Shown here: piece by piece, positions 30,732-41,394 of the stretch
Position numbering within the stretch: position 1 is the stretch's first letter
Layout: the number at the start of each line of letters is the position of its first letter
From: an uncultured delta proteobacterium
GTDB taxonomy: Bacteria > Myxococcota_A > Polyangia > Polyangiales > Polyangiaceae
NCBI GenBank assembly: GCA_963763745.1
Contig: CAVXQJ010000016.1
Coordinates: 449,029-513,028, forward strand
Length of the DNA: 64,000 nt
Direction of reading: 5' to 3'
The notes under the pieces: model-generated
What the model was told of the DNA's origin: nothing
Databases searched by the model: none
What the model saw: the letters and a program-made list of their open reading frames with translations, nothing else
Translations under genes and position numbers: made by a program

Positions 30732-32628
30732 GTGTGTGGCATTGCTGGCGTCTTTGGTCTGAGTCGCGTGAGCCTGACGCGACGGATTTCGCGCGGGCGA
30801 TGTGCTTGCGCATCCGTCATCGCGGTCCAGATGGGCAGGGGACCACGTTCGCTGCACGACGTTGCGCTCGGAATGGTCCGCCTCGCGATCGTCGACGTCG
30901 AGCACGGCAAGCAACCGATGCTCAACGATGACGGAGCAGTCGCGCTCGTCTTCAACGGCGAGATTTACAATGCGCCGGCGTTACGACGTGAGCTCCAGGA
31001 TGCGGGCGTTCGATTTCACACGCGAAGCGACACGGAAGTCATTTTGCGTCTCTACGAGCGTGATCCGCACGACGTCGAAGCGGCATCTCGCGGGCATGTG
31101 GGCGTTCTGCGTTCACGATCGACGTCGGCGCAGACTCGTCTTGAGTCGAGATCGCTTCGGCATCAAACCGCTTTACTTCGTCGACCGCGGAGCGCGCACT
31201 CGCGTTCGGATCGGAGCTTGGTGCTTTCGAGCCGCTTCGCACGACTACCAAGTTCGCGCCGGCGTTCGCGATCGATCACGGGGCCGCTCACGCGATGCTC
31301 GCGTGGTCGTACATCCCCAACGAAGACACGATCTTCGAAGGCGTCAAGCGTCGTCGCTCCGAGCACGCGCCTCGAAGTCGATCTCGAGACGGGCAGCGCA
31401 GACGACGACGACGTCACTACGTCGTTCGACCGTCCGACGAAGCCTCGCGCGTGAGAGCCTTCCACGACGCGTGCGCGCTGATCGAGCCGCTCCTGCGCCG
31501 ATCGGTACGCGAGCACCTCGAGAGCGACGTGCCCATCGCCGCTTTCTTGAGTGGAGGAATCGATTCTTCGCTGATTCTCGCGCTGGCTGCCGAAGAGTCG
31601 CACGCAAACCGATTCGTGCATTCTGCATTGGTTTCCGCGAGCCGCGTTTCGACGAGTCGCCATTCGCGCGCCGCGTCGCGGAAAAACTCGGCGTGGATCT
31701 GCACGTTGAAGTCTTCGACGAAGCATCCGCTGCAGCGTCTCTTGACGATGCGCTCGCCGCATACGACGAGCCGTTCGGTGATTCGTCGAGCCTCGCAACG
31801 TTCATGCTGTCGCGCGTCGTCGCGACGAACGCACAAGGTCGCGCTCGGCGGCGACGGTGGCGACGAGGTGTTCGCCGGGTACCACAAACATCAAATCGTT
31901 CGCATTCGTCAGGCGCTCGGGCGCGTCGCCCAAGCTGCGCGATGGTATGCGCGGGTCGTTGCTCGCGCACTGCCTGCTCGCACGGATCGCTCGAGCGCGT
32001 CTCGCCGAGGCGATGCGAGTCGTTCGACGCGTCGCGCGCGGGCTCGCAAGGGCGACGACTGCTGCTTACTGCGCGCTCACCCAGGTCGCGTCGCTCGACA
32101 AGGTCGCTCCGCTCGTCGTGAGCCCGGCGGCCCCGGCCCGATTCGTGGAGCCCATCCTTCGCACGTTTGCCGAAGCAGGAGGGAGCCGAGCTGCAACGAA
32201 CGCTCGTATGCGATCTCGCGAACGTGCTCCCGAACGACATGCTCACGAAAGTCGATCGCGCGAGCATGGCGTGCGGGCTCGAGGCTCGCGTGCCGATGCT
32301 CGATCATCGCGTCGTCGAAGCCGGGCTTGGATTGCCTGCGAAGTTCACCATCGCCGGTTCCGGTAAGCGTGTGTTGCGCGAGCTGTATCGGCGCCGCTTC
32401 GGAGAGGAGCTCGCGAATCGGAAAAAAACCGGATTCAGCGTGCCGGTCGAAGCTTGGATGCGCGGACCGCTCGCATCGAAGTGTGCGGATATGATGCACG
32501 GGCACTCGGACTTGTTGCATATGTCTCGCGAGCTATGGAGCGAGTGGCTTGCGCGAGATCCACAAGCGTTATGGCACGCGTTTGCGCTCCGCTCTTGGGA
32601 AGTGGCGCGCGCTGATGGAGTGCGCTGA
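30732..32628 (+). pseudogene. asparagine synthetase (glutamine-hydrolysing) family amidotransferase paralog 1, heavily frameshifted (at least 8 shifts)
   Basis: The pieces MCGIAGVFGL (GTG start, Cys2 nucleophile), REPDATDFARAMCLRIRHRGPDGQG, LAIVDVEHGKQPMLNDDGAVALVFNGEIYN, LAGMWAFCVHDRRRRRLVLSRDRFGIKPLYF, AAFLSGGIDSS, VALGGDGGDEVFAGY and the C-terminal ...MACGLEARVPMLDHRVVE... are scattered over three frames. Confidence 0.75.
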
Positions 32629-35133
32629 ATGGACGCGACGACGAGACGCGTCTGGGGAACATGGATATTCGCGCTAGCGGTCATTGGGGCTCCGCTCGCG
32701 ATTGGTGCGCTCGACCGAAGAGTGATGTGCGTCATGGCTCTTGTTATCGTCGTCGGTACAGCGCTCGTCCTCACCGCGTCGGAGCCTTATGGGCCCCGTC
32801 GGAGCGCGTCGATGCTCGTCGCGCTGATGGCGAGCCTGCTAGGATTCACGGCGCTACAAACGATTCCGATTCCTGCGGGCGTCGCTAGTCGGTTGAGCCC
32901 ACATGCCGCCGACATTTGGGCACGGTGCCTGCGGCCGCTTGGGGAAGCCGGACCTCGATGGCATCCATTGACCGTCGACCCACCTGCGACGCACCTCGAG
33001 GTTCTTCGATGGGCGACGTACCTCGTCGCGCTGCTCGGCGCACTCGCTATAGCGCGGACTCGCGAAGGAGCGAGGTTCTTGGTGCGCGTGCTCGTCGTCG
33101 GCGGAGTGTTGATCGCCGTTGCTTCCGTGATGCACGCCGCTCTCGGGCTCGACAAGGTCTACGGAGTCATCCGTCCGAAAACGCAAGTTGGGTGGATCGC
33201 GCCGCTCCTCAACAGCAATCACGCTGGAGGCTACGTCAACATTGCGTTGATGCTCATGGCGTCTGCCGTCATCTCGAAGGCGCCCGTCATACCGCGTATG
33301 CTCGCCATCGTCGGGTCGGTGGCCCTCGTTGCGTTCGAGCTGTGGAACGCGTCGCGCGGCGCGGCGGGGACGATGGTGCTCGGCCTGCTCGCGCTCGTAA
33401 TCCTGCATCGTCGCCACGGGCGCGTCGCGCCCGCGCACGGCGCCGTTCTTCCCGCGCTGTTGATACTCGGCGGCGTCGGAATGCTGGTGCTTGGCGCGTT
33501 CGAGAGCTCCGCGCGGGGTATCGCGGACACGAGCCTGACGAAGTTGAAGATCGTCGGCCGAGCCATCACGACGATGGTTCCCGCATATCCGTTTTTCGGT
33601 GTGGGACGTGGCGCGTTCGAATCATCATTTCCGGAGTTCATGAACGCGCGAAACGAGGGGTTCGTAGTCTTCACGCACCCGGAGAACCTCGTGGCGCAGT
33701 GGTTGTGCGAGTGGGGAGTCGTCGTGACGCTCGTCGCCGTGGGCGTGCTCGCAGTCGCGCTGCGTTCGCGAAACGCGCTCGCGCGTGGCGCAATTGCGAT
33801 TGGCGCTTGGGTGGCGCTCGTCGTCGTCGCGCTTCAGAACCTCGTGGATTTCAGCTCCGAGACTCCGGGCGTGATGCTCGCGCTCGTTGTGTGTGCGGCG
33901 ATCGTGACGTCCGGGAGTGGGCATCGCAGAAACGCTGATCGAGCGGACTCCTTCGCAACGCACCCGAATGCGGTCGCGGTGGTCTCCGCGATGGCGGTCG
34001 GACTCGCGTGTGCGTGGGTGTGCATCGAACGTGCGGAGGTTCTCGTCGACGCAAAACCGCACGTGCGCGACGCACTCTTCGACGCACGGTCGTCGCGCGA
34101 GGAGCGCACGATGCTCGAACGCAACTCGATGCTCGCTCATCCCGCTGAGCCGTACTTCCCGTTGCTTGGTGCGTTGCGCGCCGTCGCAGACAAGCAAGAC
34201 GTCCTTCCTTGGATCGAGCGCACGCTTGAGCGCGCGCCTATCTATGCGCCGGCGCATCTCGTGTTTGCGCGGTGGCTGCGTTCCCGATCTCCGTCGCACG
34301 CGCGGGTCGAATATCGCATCGCGACCGAAGAACTCATGGGTCCGCCAGCAAGTGAACTCTTGCCGCTCGTGGGATCGTTCGACGATGCACTCGAGGCGGT
34401 GCCCATCGACGCGACCGCTGCCGATACGCTAGACGGGTTAGCGAGTCTGCTCGAAAAAACTCACCCAGCAACGCGCGCTCTGATCGACGCAGAAATCGAG
34501 CGCCGCACACCGGGGCGATTGTCGGTCACCGCCCGCGCCGCGAACGACGCCTATGACGACGCGGTCGCACCCGATGTTTCGCCGTGGTGCAACGGCGACA
34601 GTTGTGCCCGGGATGCGCTTGCCCGCGCGGCGGACCTGGAACGTCGTGCGCCGCAATCGAGTATTGGATACGCCCTGACAATGAAACTGCTCGCGCTGCG
34701 CGGTGACGTCCGTGGCGCTCTAGCGCACATGCACGACGCATGCACCTTGCTCCGCGATCGGAGCGCGTGTTTGGTCGAAGTCGCGACGCTCGCAACCACT
34801 TCAGGCAGTGCCGAAGCTACGGAGGACATCGATGCGCTTGCGCGTGAAGGCTGCCCATGGAGCGAAAGCTGCGCGCAGAATCTCTTGTCGGCAGTGGCGC
34901 TTGAGCAACAACGGCACAACAAAAATCGAGCGCTCGTGTTTCTTCGGCGCGCCGCGGCGATCGACCCCGATCGCGCCGATTTGCAGGAGAGCGTTGCAGT
35001 ACAAGCGGCCGCCGCTGGCCTCCATGGAGAAGCGGCTACCGCGTACGAACGATTATCCCACCTGCATCCGACAGACCCGCGGTATTCAAAGCTTGCAGAA
35101 GGTGAACGTTTGCTCTCGCGCAGCAGCAACTAG
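32629..35133 (+). CDS. O-antigen ligase/Wzy-like polymerase family membrane protein with long C-terminal TPR-like soluble domain
   Basis: ~10-12 TM helices with the FTHPENLVAQWLCEWGVVV motif typical of the O-antigen ligase (Wzy_C) family. ~350-aa C-terminal helical repeat region. Intact, 834 aa. Confidence 0.7.
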   Translation: MDATTRRVWGTWIFALAVIGAPLAIGALDRRVMCVMALVIVVGTALVLTASEPYGPRRSASMLVALMASLLGFTALQTIPIPAGVASRLSPHAADIWARCLRPLGEAGPRWHPLTVDPPATHLEVLRWATYLVALLGALAIARTREGARFLVRVLVVGGVLIAVASVMHAALGLDKVYGVIRPKTQVGWIAPLLNSNHAGGYVNIALMLMASAVISKAPVIPRMLAIVGSVALVAFELWNASRGAAGTMVLGLLALVILHRRHGRVAPAHGAVLPALLILGGVGMLVLGAFESSARGIADTSLTKLKIVGRAITTMVPAYPFFGVGRGAFESSFPEFMNARNEGFVVFTHPENLVAQWLCEWGVVVTLVAVGVLAVALRSRNALARGAIAIGAWVALVVVALQNLVDFSSETPGVMLALVVCAAIVTSGSGHRRNADRADSFATHPNAVAVVSAMAVGLACAWVCIERAEVLVDAKPHVRDALFDARSSREERTMLERNSMLAHPAEPYFPLLGALRAVADKQDVLPWIERTLERAPIYAPAHLVFARWLRSRSPSHARVEYRIATEELMGPPASELLPLVGSFDDALEAVPIDATAADTLDGLASLLEKTHPATRALIDAEIERRTPGRLSVTARAANDAYDDAVAPDVSPWCNGDSCARDALARAADLERRAPQSSIGYALTMKLLALRGDVRGALAHMHDACTLLRDRSACLVEVATLATTSGSAEATEDIDALAREGCPWSESCAQNLLSAVALEQQRHNKNRALVFLRRAAAIDPDRADLQESVAVQAAAAGLHGEAATAYERLSHLHPTDPRYSKLAEGERLLSRSSN

Positions 35134-35234
35134 CTTAGTCTTAGCTAGCGCTCAGCGTGAAGTTTGACGGATCGGTCCTCACCGAGGAGTAGTCGAGGTC
35201 TTCGCCCATTTCGTCGCACTCTAATCATCTAGTG

Positions 35235-36992
35235 CTAGGCGATAGGCAGGAACAGAATGTCGAAAGCGGCATCCGCGGTAGCGGGTGCAGCACTCATCGC
35301 ATAGCCGACGAACCCGTTGGCTGGAGTTGTTTGCTTCATCACGCGTCCGGCCGTAAGTGTGCTGACGGTCACCGCATCCCCGACAGCGATAGACGCGGCG
35401 CCGTCATTGAGCACGGTCACCCGCTGGCCGACGCGAGCGACGCGCGTATTAACCATGGGCGACGCAGGATCCAGGCATGGCCCAAGGGCTTGGAACGATG
35501 AGTCTGACGTCTCTACGTGGGCCACGGTAGGCGCTCCATTAGTGGCAGTTCGCTTGACGAGCGCATTCGCGACTACGGTGGCGCTTGCGACTGCGAGGTC
35601 AGCCCAAACGCCAGACTGCACGATGACAGTACGCTTGGCTAAGGATCGGACGTTGGCTGCTAGCAGTGTGGGGGAATCGTGGATCTCCAATGAGTCGCAC
35701 GCAGAGTCTGCGGTGATGTAATTGGACGCGGCCGAATTGTTGACGACGAGGCCTCGAATCACTGTGCTCGCAACGGCCTTCAGCTCCAGCGTCGCCAGAA
35801 CAGCGACGGTATTGAAGCCTGTGTTGATGAGGCCATCAATGACAACTTGATTGACGTCTTGAAGTGAGACGCACGCCGTTGGACTGCCGATGATACTGGG
35901 GCTGAGAGTGTTGGACTCCATCTTGACGAACGAGACGTTGGACGTCGGACCACCAACGACGACGACAGAGCCGATGGCGCTCTCGTCAAAGATGCACCCG
36001 CGAATAACAACGCCGCGCTGCTGAGCGCCGGAGCCCGGTGGTTGTGAGTCATCGTGTCGGAACCATGGCCCCGCATTTGATGCGGTCTTGTCGGCGAGCA
36101 CATACCCGTTCATATGCCCAACATCATAGAACGTGCAGCAATCAAGCTCGACGTAGGCCGCGCCATTCGAGTGGACTACAGCGATAGGCGTAGTGCCGCT
36201 TATGGTCGCGCAATTTGTGAAGTCGCAGTTGCGAAAGACGACTGGCCCTACTTGGACGCGGACGACGTATTGAGCGCACGAAAAGTTGGCGAAGCGCACG
36301 CGCTCGAACACACACATATCCGTCGCGCTGACGGTAAAGCTGCTCGCGCAGTCCACGCCTGGCGTGGGTCCGTTGCCTAGGCAGGTGAGGTCGGCCGCCG
36401 AGAAGTCGTATATATTCGAGAAGATTGGCCCGTGTTCGCCACCGTTTTGGTATTGGATGATCGATGAGTCCATTCCGGTACCGCGAAGCCGAGCGGATGT
36501 CGTCAGACCGTTGAAGTCCCACGGGTTATTCGGCAATATGCTTGATAGCGTGAAGAGTCCTCGCGGGAAGAACCCCGTAAGTGGACTCTGCGGTAATGTG
36601 GCATTGTCCGCGCTGAGCGTGGTGAGCAAGACCCGCATGAGCTCAAAAGCCGAAGCGCAGTTTGTCGCGCCGGTCGCGTCAGCGCCGCAATCCATAACAA
36701 AGTCTACGTGTGGTCTACTCCCAATGGCGGCAACGAGGCCCCCGGCCGTGATGATGTGCGTGACCACGGCATTCGCAGCGTGGCAGGCGGCTGCCGTGCC
36801 CTCGATGCCGCGCACCACCGTGAACGTGGTCCCGTTCACGGCGGTGACGAGCAACAGCTCAGAGTGGATAAGGATGCGGAACTGTGGAACGGACGGGAAA
36901 GTTGCTGCAGATGCTACGACAAGCGACGTGGCGGTTGCCGTGATCGCGACGCTGAGCGCGGAGACGGCCTGGTTGGCGAATTGCTCCTGCAT
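35235..36992 (-). CDS. right-handed parallel beta-helix (pectate-lyase fold) repeat protein, 585 aa; possible glycan depolymerase or epimerase
   Basis: Start is M71 of the ORF (MQEQFANQAVSALSVAITATATSLVVASAATFPSVPQFRILIHSELLLVTAVNGTTFTVVRGIEGTAAACHAANAVV...). Many short beta-turn repeats rich in N/G/T/V/C (NCDFTNCATISG..., VVIRGCIFDES...). The N-terminal ~90 aa resembles the conserved head of phage tail-fibre/tailspike-like proteins (from memory, not checked). Confidence 0.55.
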   Translation of the reverse strand: MQEQFANQAVSALSVAITATATSLVVASAATFPSVPQFRILIHSELLLVTAVNGTTFTVVRGIEGTAAACHAANAVVTHIITAGGLVAAIGSRPHVDFVMDCGADATGATNCASAFELMRVLLTTLSADNATLPQSPLTGFFPRGLFTLSSILPNNPWDFNGLTTSARLRGTGMDSSIIQYQNGGEHGPIFSNIYDFSAADLTCLGNGPTPGVDCASSFTVSATDMCVFERVRFANFSCAQYVVRVQVGPVVFRNCDFTNCATISGTTPIAVVHSNGAAYVELDCCTFYDVGHMNGYVLADKTASNAGPWFRHDDSQPPGSGAQQRGVVIRGCIFDESAIGSVVVVGGPTSNVSFVKMESNTLSPSIIGSPTACVSLQDVNQVVIDGLINTGFNTVAVLATLELKAVASTVIRGLVVNNSAASNYITADSACDSLEIHDSPTLLAANVRSLAKRTVIVQSGVWADLAVASATVVANALVKRTATNGAPTVAHVETSDSSFQALGPCLDPASPMVNTRVARVGQRVTVLNDGAASIAVGDAVTVSTLTAGRVMKQTTPANGFVGYAMSAAPATADAAFDILFLPIA

Positions 36993-37420
36993 CACGGGGC
37001 CCCGACGCCAGGCTCTATCGACGCGAGCATCGAGAGCGGCGTGCCGAGCATGCCGGTGAATTGGGTCATTGTGATCTCGAGCTCTTCCTGCGTGGACGAA
37101 TCCTCCTTCCCAACGCAGCCCAGCAGCGCGGCGAGGGGTGAGACGCTTAGGAAAAATACGACCGAGCGGCGATGAGGGTCCACGCCACCGAATATACGGC
37201 ACCTCGTCCGAAGAACTAAGGGATCTCGCAATGGGTCACGCGCCGACGATGAAACGACGCGCGGAGTTGGTGTAAGTTGGCAGAATGTCAGATGGAATCG
37301 CAGTAGTTTGAACGTGCGAGCACGCGTATGCAACGCATGAGTGATGTCTCTTTCTCGTCGTGATCCAAGGGGCCAACGCGTGCACCGCGTCGGGCCAAAT
37401 GGTAAGACGGCGCCTCGACC

Positions 37421-38960
37421 ATGAGGGCATACATCGCCACGTTTGCGCTCGCGCTGGTCGTGTCGGCTGCGCTGACTCCTCTTGTTCGGCTGGTTGCGTT
37501 GCGTCTCGGTGCGACGTCGACGCCAGGCGGCCGAAACGTACACGTGACGCCAACGCCACGCCTCGGCGGTGTCGCGATTGTCATTGGCTTCCTTGCCCCG
37601 CTTGCCGCGCTGTTGTGTGTGAACTCTTCGGTCGCCACCTCCATTCGCAACGAAGCGCTACGCCCAATAGGGCTCCTCATTGGATCGCTAGCGATGTGTG
37701 TCGTTGGTGTGATCGACGACACCCGTCGCCTTCGAGCGAGTCACAAGCTTCTCGTTCAGGTGCTGACTGCAGCGCTTGCGTTTGGATGTGGGTTTCGGAT
37801 CGACTCCATCGCTCTCCCTTATTTCGGCACCCTGTCGATGGGAATTTTCGCTTTCGCCGTCACAGTTATTTGGATCGTCGGGATCGTCAATGCTGTCAAC
37901 CTGATCGACGGCTTGGACGGCCTCGCGGGCGGTGTCGTCCTGTTCGCCAGTTTGACGAACTTCGCAATCGCCGTAATCGAGGGCAACATTTTCATTGCGG
38001 CAATTACGGCATCGATTGTCGGCGCGGTTCTCGGGTTTCTATTTTTTCAATTTCAACCCAGCTCGCATTTTCATGGGCGACTCTGGAAGCTACTTTCTTG
38101 GTTATGCCGTGGCGACCGTCGCACTAGGTGGCCCGACGAGGTCGCAGAAGGCATCGACTGCTGTCGCGCTGCTCGTACCCTGTTTGGCGCTGGGAGTGCC
38201 CATCTTCGACACGCTCTTCTCGATGGTCCGTCGGTTCCTCGAGCGGCGCTCCATGTTTTCGCCCGATCGAGGCCACCTGCATCATCGGCTCATCGATATG
38301 GGTCTCACACATCGGCGCGCTGTGCTCACGCTTTACGGCGTGAGCGTCGTGCTATGTGTGTCAGCGATTGCGGTTACGTTCGGGCGCGGGTGGCAAGTAG
38401 GCCTTGCGGTGATTGTTGCCTCGTCCGTTCTGATGGCGCTCGTGCGCTTCGCCGGTTATTTCGAATATCTTCGAGTTCACCTGCGCCGCCGCGGGCGGAT
38501 GCGCAGTGGAGAGGCACAAGCGCTGCGTCGAGTCGTTCCCAACGCCATCGTGCAGCTGGCCGCGTGCAAGTCAGAGGCAGATGTTTGGAACAACGTTGAC
38601 GCGTTGACGGTGAAGCTGGAAAATCTTCACGCTGTCGTTAGAATTACGCGATTGTCGGACGGGAAGAGCATCTACCATTCCCCCACGCCGAGCAACGAGT
38701 CGAAGGACCTCGTAGTGATCAATACACCACTCGGCGACGAAGCAACGGCCGTCTCGCAAATCGTCGTCGCACTCGACATAGACAATGGTCTCGACATCGA
38801 AGTGGAGTTACTCGTGCAGTTGTTGGTAGATGCCATCGACGATGCGCTCGCGCACGTGAAGAGTCCGTCGGCTCGCTCATCTTCCCGTGTGACGGGCACG
38901 ACTCATGTTTGTGAGGCGATTGCGCCGACAGATCAGGTCGAGCCAAGCAGCTCGGCGTAG
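37421..38960 (+). CDS. WecA/WbpL-like undecaprenyl-phosphate N-acetylhexosamine-1-phosphate transferase (GT4 / MraY family) with ~170-aa C-terminal extension; one frameshift in a T6 run near 38046
   Basis: VIDDTRRL, IVNAVNLIDGLDGLAGG motifs. After ...GAVLGFLFF the frame shifts at ctattttttcaatttc to give ...NPARIFMGDSGSYFLGY...HLHHRLID... (second frame, ORF 37995..38960). Confidence 0.8.
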
Positions 38961-40066
38961 AGCTTGAGTGTGGCATGGGCGATTTGGTCGCTAGCGAACT
39001 CCATTGCAGCGAGATCACGACCACGTTGACCCATGTTCTTCCGCAAGACGGGGTCATCAAGAAGCCGGTCGATGGCGACCGCGAGCGCGCGCGCGTCGCG
39101 CGGAGGTACGAGCAGCCCGTTATCTTCGTGGCGTACGATTTCCCGGCATCCGGCGACGTCCGTCGCAACAATCGGCCGGCCACAAGCGGCTGCTTCCAAC
39201 AACGCTTTAGGCAAACCTTCTCCGTAGGACGGAAGGCATACGATTGTGGCCTGCGACAGCACTCGAGGCATATCATCACGCCAGCCGAGGAGTTCGACGA
39301 CCCCCTCGGTCGCCCACTCCCGAAGTCTAGCAAGCGGGACGGAGGCCGGATTGCCCGGATCCGGCTTCCCTGCGAGCGCGAAGCGCACGCTCGGTCGAGC
39401 ACGTCGCACAATCCGCGCAGCATCCACAAATTCACCAACGCCCTTGTCGTAAAGAAGCCGGGCCGGCAGAACCACGAGTGGGTCTCCAAGAGGCTCTGCT
39501 GTCTGCCGATACTCGTCGATATCGACACCTGCACCGCGAATCAGAGCGACGCGATCAGCGCGGATAACACCCCACGATACCCACGCAGCCACGTCGTCCG
39601 GATTCTGGAGTATGACGCGTCCGTTTGGCGCGTTGAGAAGAACGCGCAGCGCGGGCAACAGCGCCTGCCGGAGCGCGCGAGCGAAAAGCTCACCGGACAT
39701 GAACACATAGCCCATCCCCGCGATTGCGTTGACTACGGCGGGGACTCGTGTGAGCCGTGCCGCAACTGTCCCGTAAAGGATGGGCTTGAGTGCGACATGA
39801 TGTACAAGGTGAGGCCGCAGCGACGCATACAAGCGAGTGAGGCGCGTGACTGTCGCCAAGTCGGTCAGGGGGTTTCGGCCCTGACGGTCCAACGCGATTG
39901 GTACATAATGAAGGCCAGCCGCCTCGATTGTCTTGCGGTATGGGCCAGGTGGCGTGGCGACGTAAACATCGTACCCGCTCGCCGACACTCGCGTCGCCAA
40001 TGGCAAACGGTGACAACAAAAATACCAATCGTTCGCGACAAGGTAGAGAATACGACGGGGTGTCAT
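38933..40066 (-). CDS. glycosyltransferase family 4 (group 1)
   Basis: Start is M57 of the ORF (MTPRRILYLVANDWYF...). C-terminal ...VCLPSYGEGLPKALLEAAACGRPIVATDVAGCREIV matches GT1. Its 3' end overlaps the 3' end of wecA by 28 bp (convergent). Confidence 0.75.
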   Translation of the reverse strand: MTPRRILYLVANDWYFCCHRLPLATRVSASGYDVYVATPPGPYRKTIEAAGLHYVPIALDRQGRNPLTDLATVTRLTRLYASLRPHLVHHVALKPILYGTVAARLTRVPAVVNAIAGMGYVFMSGELFARALRQALLPALRVLLNAPNGRVILQNPDDVAAWVSWGVIRADRVALIRGAGVDIDEYRQTAEPLGDPLVVLPARLLYDKGVGEFVDAARIVRRARPSVRFALAGKPDPGNPASVPLARLREWATEGVVELLGWRDDMPRVLSQATIVCLPSYGEGLPKALLEAAACGRPIVATDVAGCREIVRHEDNGLLVPPRDARALAVAIDRLLDDPVLRKNMGQRGRDLAAMEFASDQIAHATLKLYAELLGST

Positions 40067-40149
40067 GAATCCCACGGCGATGATATCATGCGCTATGACC
40101 CTATGGTCACGACACGTGCGCCCAACGTGAAATACCGCGCAACCTGCTG

Positions 40150-41394
40150 ATGTTCGGCATCGTCCTTTCCATCGTTCTTGCTGTAGTGCTCGCGACGATC
40201 TTGCGCACGTTCGAGAAGACGAACCGACTCGCAATTCCTCTCCTCGCGGGTTACGTGCTGCGGCTCATCATTCAATCGTTCATTCGCGACGTGCCACTCT
40301 TCTCTCACGGTATCGGTGGCGACTACACCGCGTACGAGAGCTGGGCACAGGTAATCGCGGCCACATGGCACCATACGGGGTTACACTTCATAACGCAGTC
40401 AGAAGTTATCGAGGTGGGCCCCACGTCGCTACCGCCAAATCTGTTCGCCCTAGTCATCTATCTCAACGACGGTCTGACCCGCATCGGTTGTACTTCAACC
40501 GTGGCATTTGCGGCGGCCATGTCAATCTTCAACATCTACACTTTGTCCCTTCAATTCGGAGCAAGGGAAAAGGACGCGTTGCTCGTTGCGATGCTGCTCT
40601 ATTTTAATCCGACCTTCGTCTTTTATACATCCGACATGTTCAAGGACGGGTTGGTGGTGTGCTTTACAATAGGCGCACTTGCCAGTGCGATTCGACTTAG
40701 CTTCAAATTGTCTGCGTTGCACGCAATCATTGGATTGGCGTGTATCTTCGCACTCTGGTACGTGCGATTCTACCTCGTGTTCGTGACCGTTGCACCGCTT
40801 CTTGTCGGGTCTATTGGTATGGGGTCGAAGTCCGTAGTCCGACCGCTTCTCGTCGCCCTCGCACTCGGCGCATCGACAATCGCCCTCGTAGCGTTCACGG
40901 ACATACTGCAACTTGCGTCGCAACGCGCTAGCGACACTTTCCAAACGGCAACGGGCATCATGGTCCAAGCAAATGCTGCATCCGGCGGATCGAGCGTCGC
41001 GTTCGACGATGGCGGTTCACCGTTTGGTGCGCTCGGGGCGAAGCTCGCATATATGCTGTTTTCACCCTTTCCCTGGGCGAGTGGATCATTTGGGTTCCAC
41101 GTAGGGAAGCTAGATTGCGTTCTCTGGTATTATCTACTCTATCGGGCGGTGCGTGGAGTGCGCCTTGCCAATCCGCGACTCGTCATTGCGCTAGCAACGT
41201 TCATCGTGCCGTGTACTTTCATGTATGCAATGAGCATGGCGAACGTAGGGCTAATCGTCCGACAGCGACTCGTTGTAGTGTTCGCCACCGCCGTGTTGGC
41301 GGCATTGTATCGAACGAAGGAGCCGGTATCGCACGAATCGGTCGAAGACCCGAGACAAGCGAAGCTGTCGCGCTTCGTACGGGCGGCGCAATGA
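40150..41394 (+). CDS. polytopic membrane protein, possible second Wzy/EpsG-like polymerase
   Basis: ~11 TM helices with a large loop near the C-terminus; no soluble catalytic motifs. Sits in the middle of the glycan locus. Confidence 0.45.
   Translation: MFGIVLSIVLAVVLATILRTFEKTNRLAIPLLAGYVLRLIIQSFIRDVPLFSHGIGGDYTAYESWAQVIAATWHHTGLHFITQSEVIEVGPTSLPPNLFALVIYLNDGLTRIGCTSTVAFAAAMSIFNIYTLSLQFGAREKDALLVAMLLYFNPTFVFYTSDMFKDGLVVCFTIGALASAIRLSFKLSALHAIIGLACIFALWYVRFYLVFVTVAPLLVGSIGMGSKSVVRPLLVALALGASTIALVAFTDILQLASQRASDTFQTATGIMVQANAASGGSSVAFDDGGSPFGALGAKLAYMLFSPFPWASGSFGFHVGKLDCVLWYYLLYRAVRGVRLANPRLVIALATFIVPCTFMYAMSMANVGLIVRQRLVVVFATAVLAALYRTKEPVSHESVEDPRQAKLSRFVRAAQ

Noticed and set aside
37231-37275. 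14-codon ORF (MGHAPTMKRRAELV) in the wecA upstream region
   Set aside because: Too short, with no SD and no hydrophobic or conserved character. Treated as chance.
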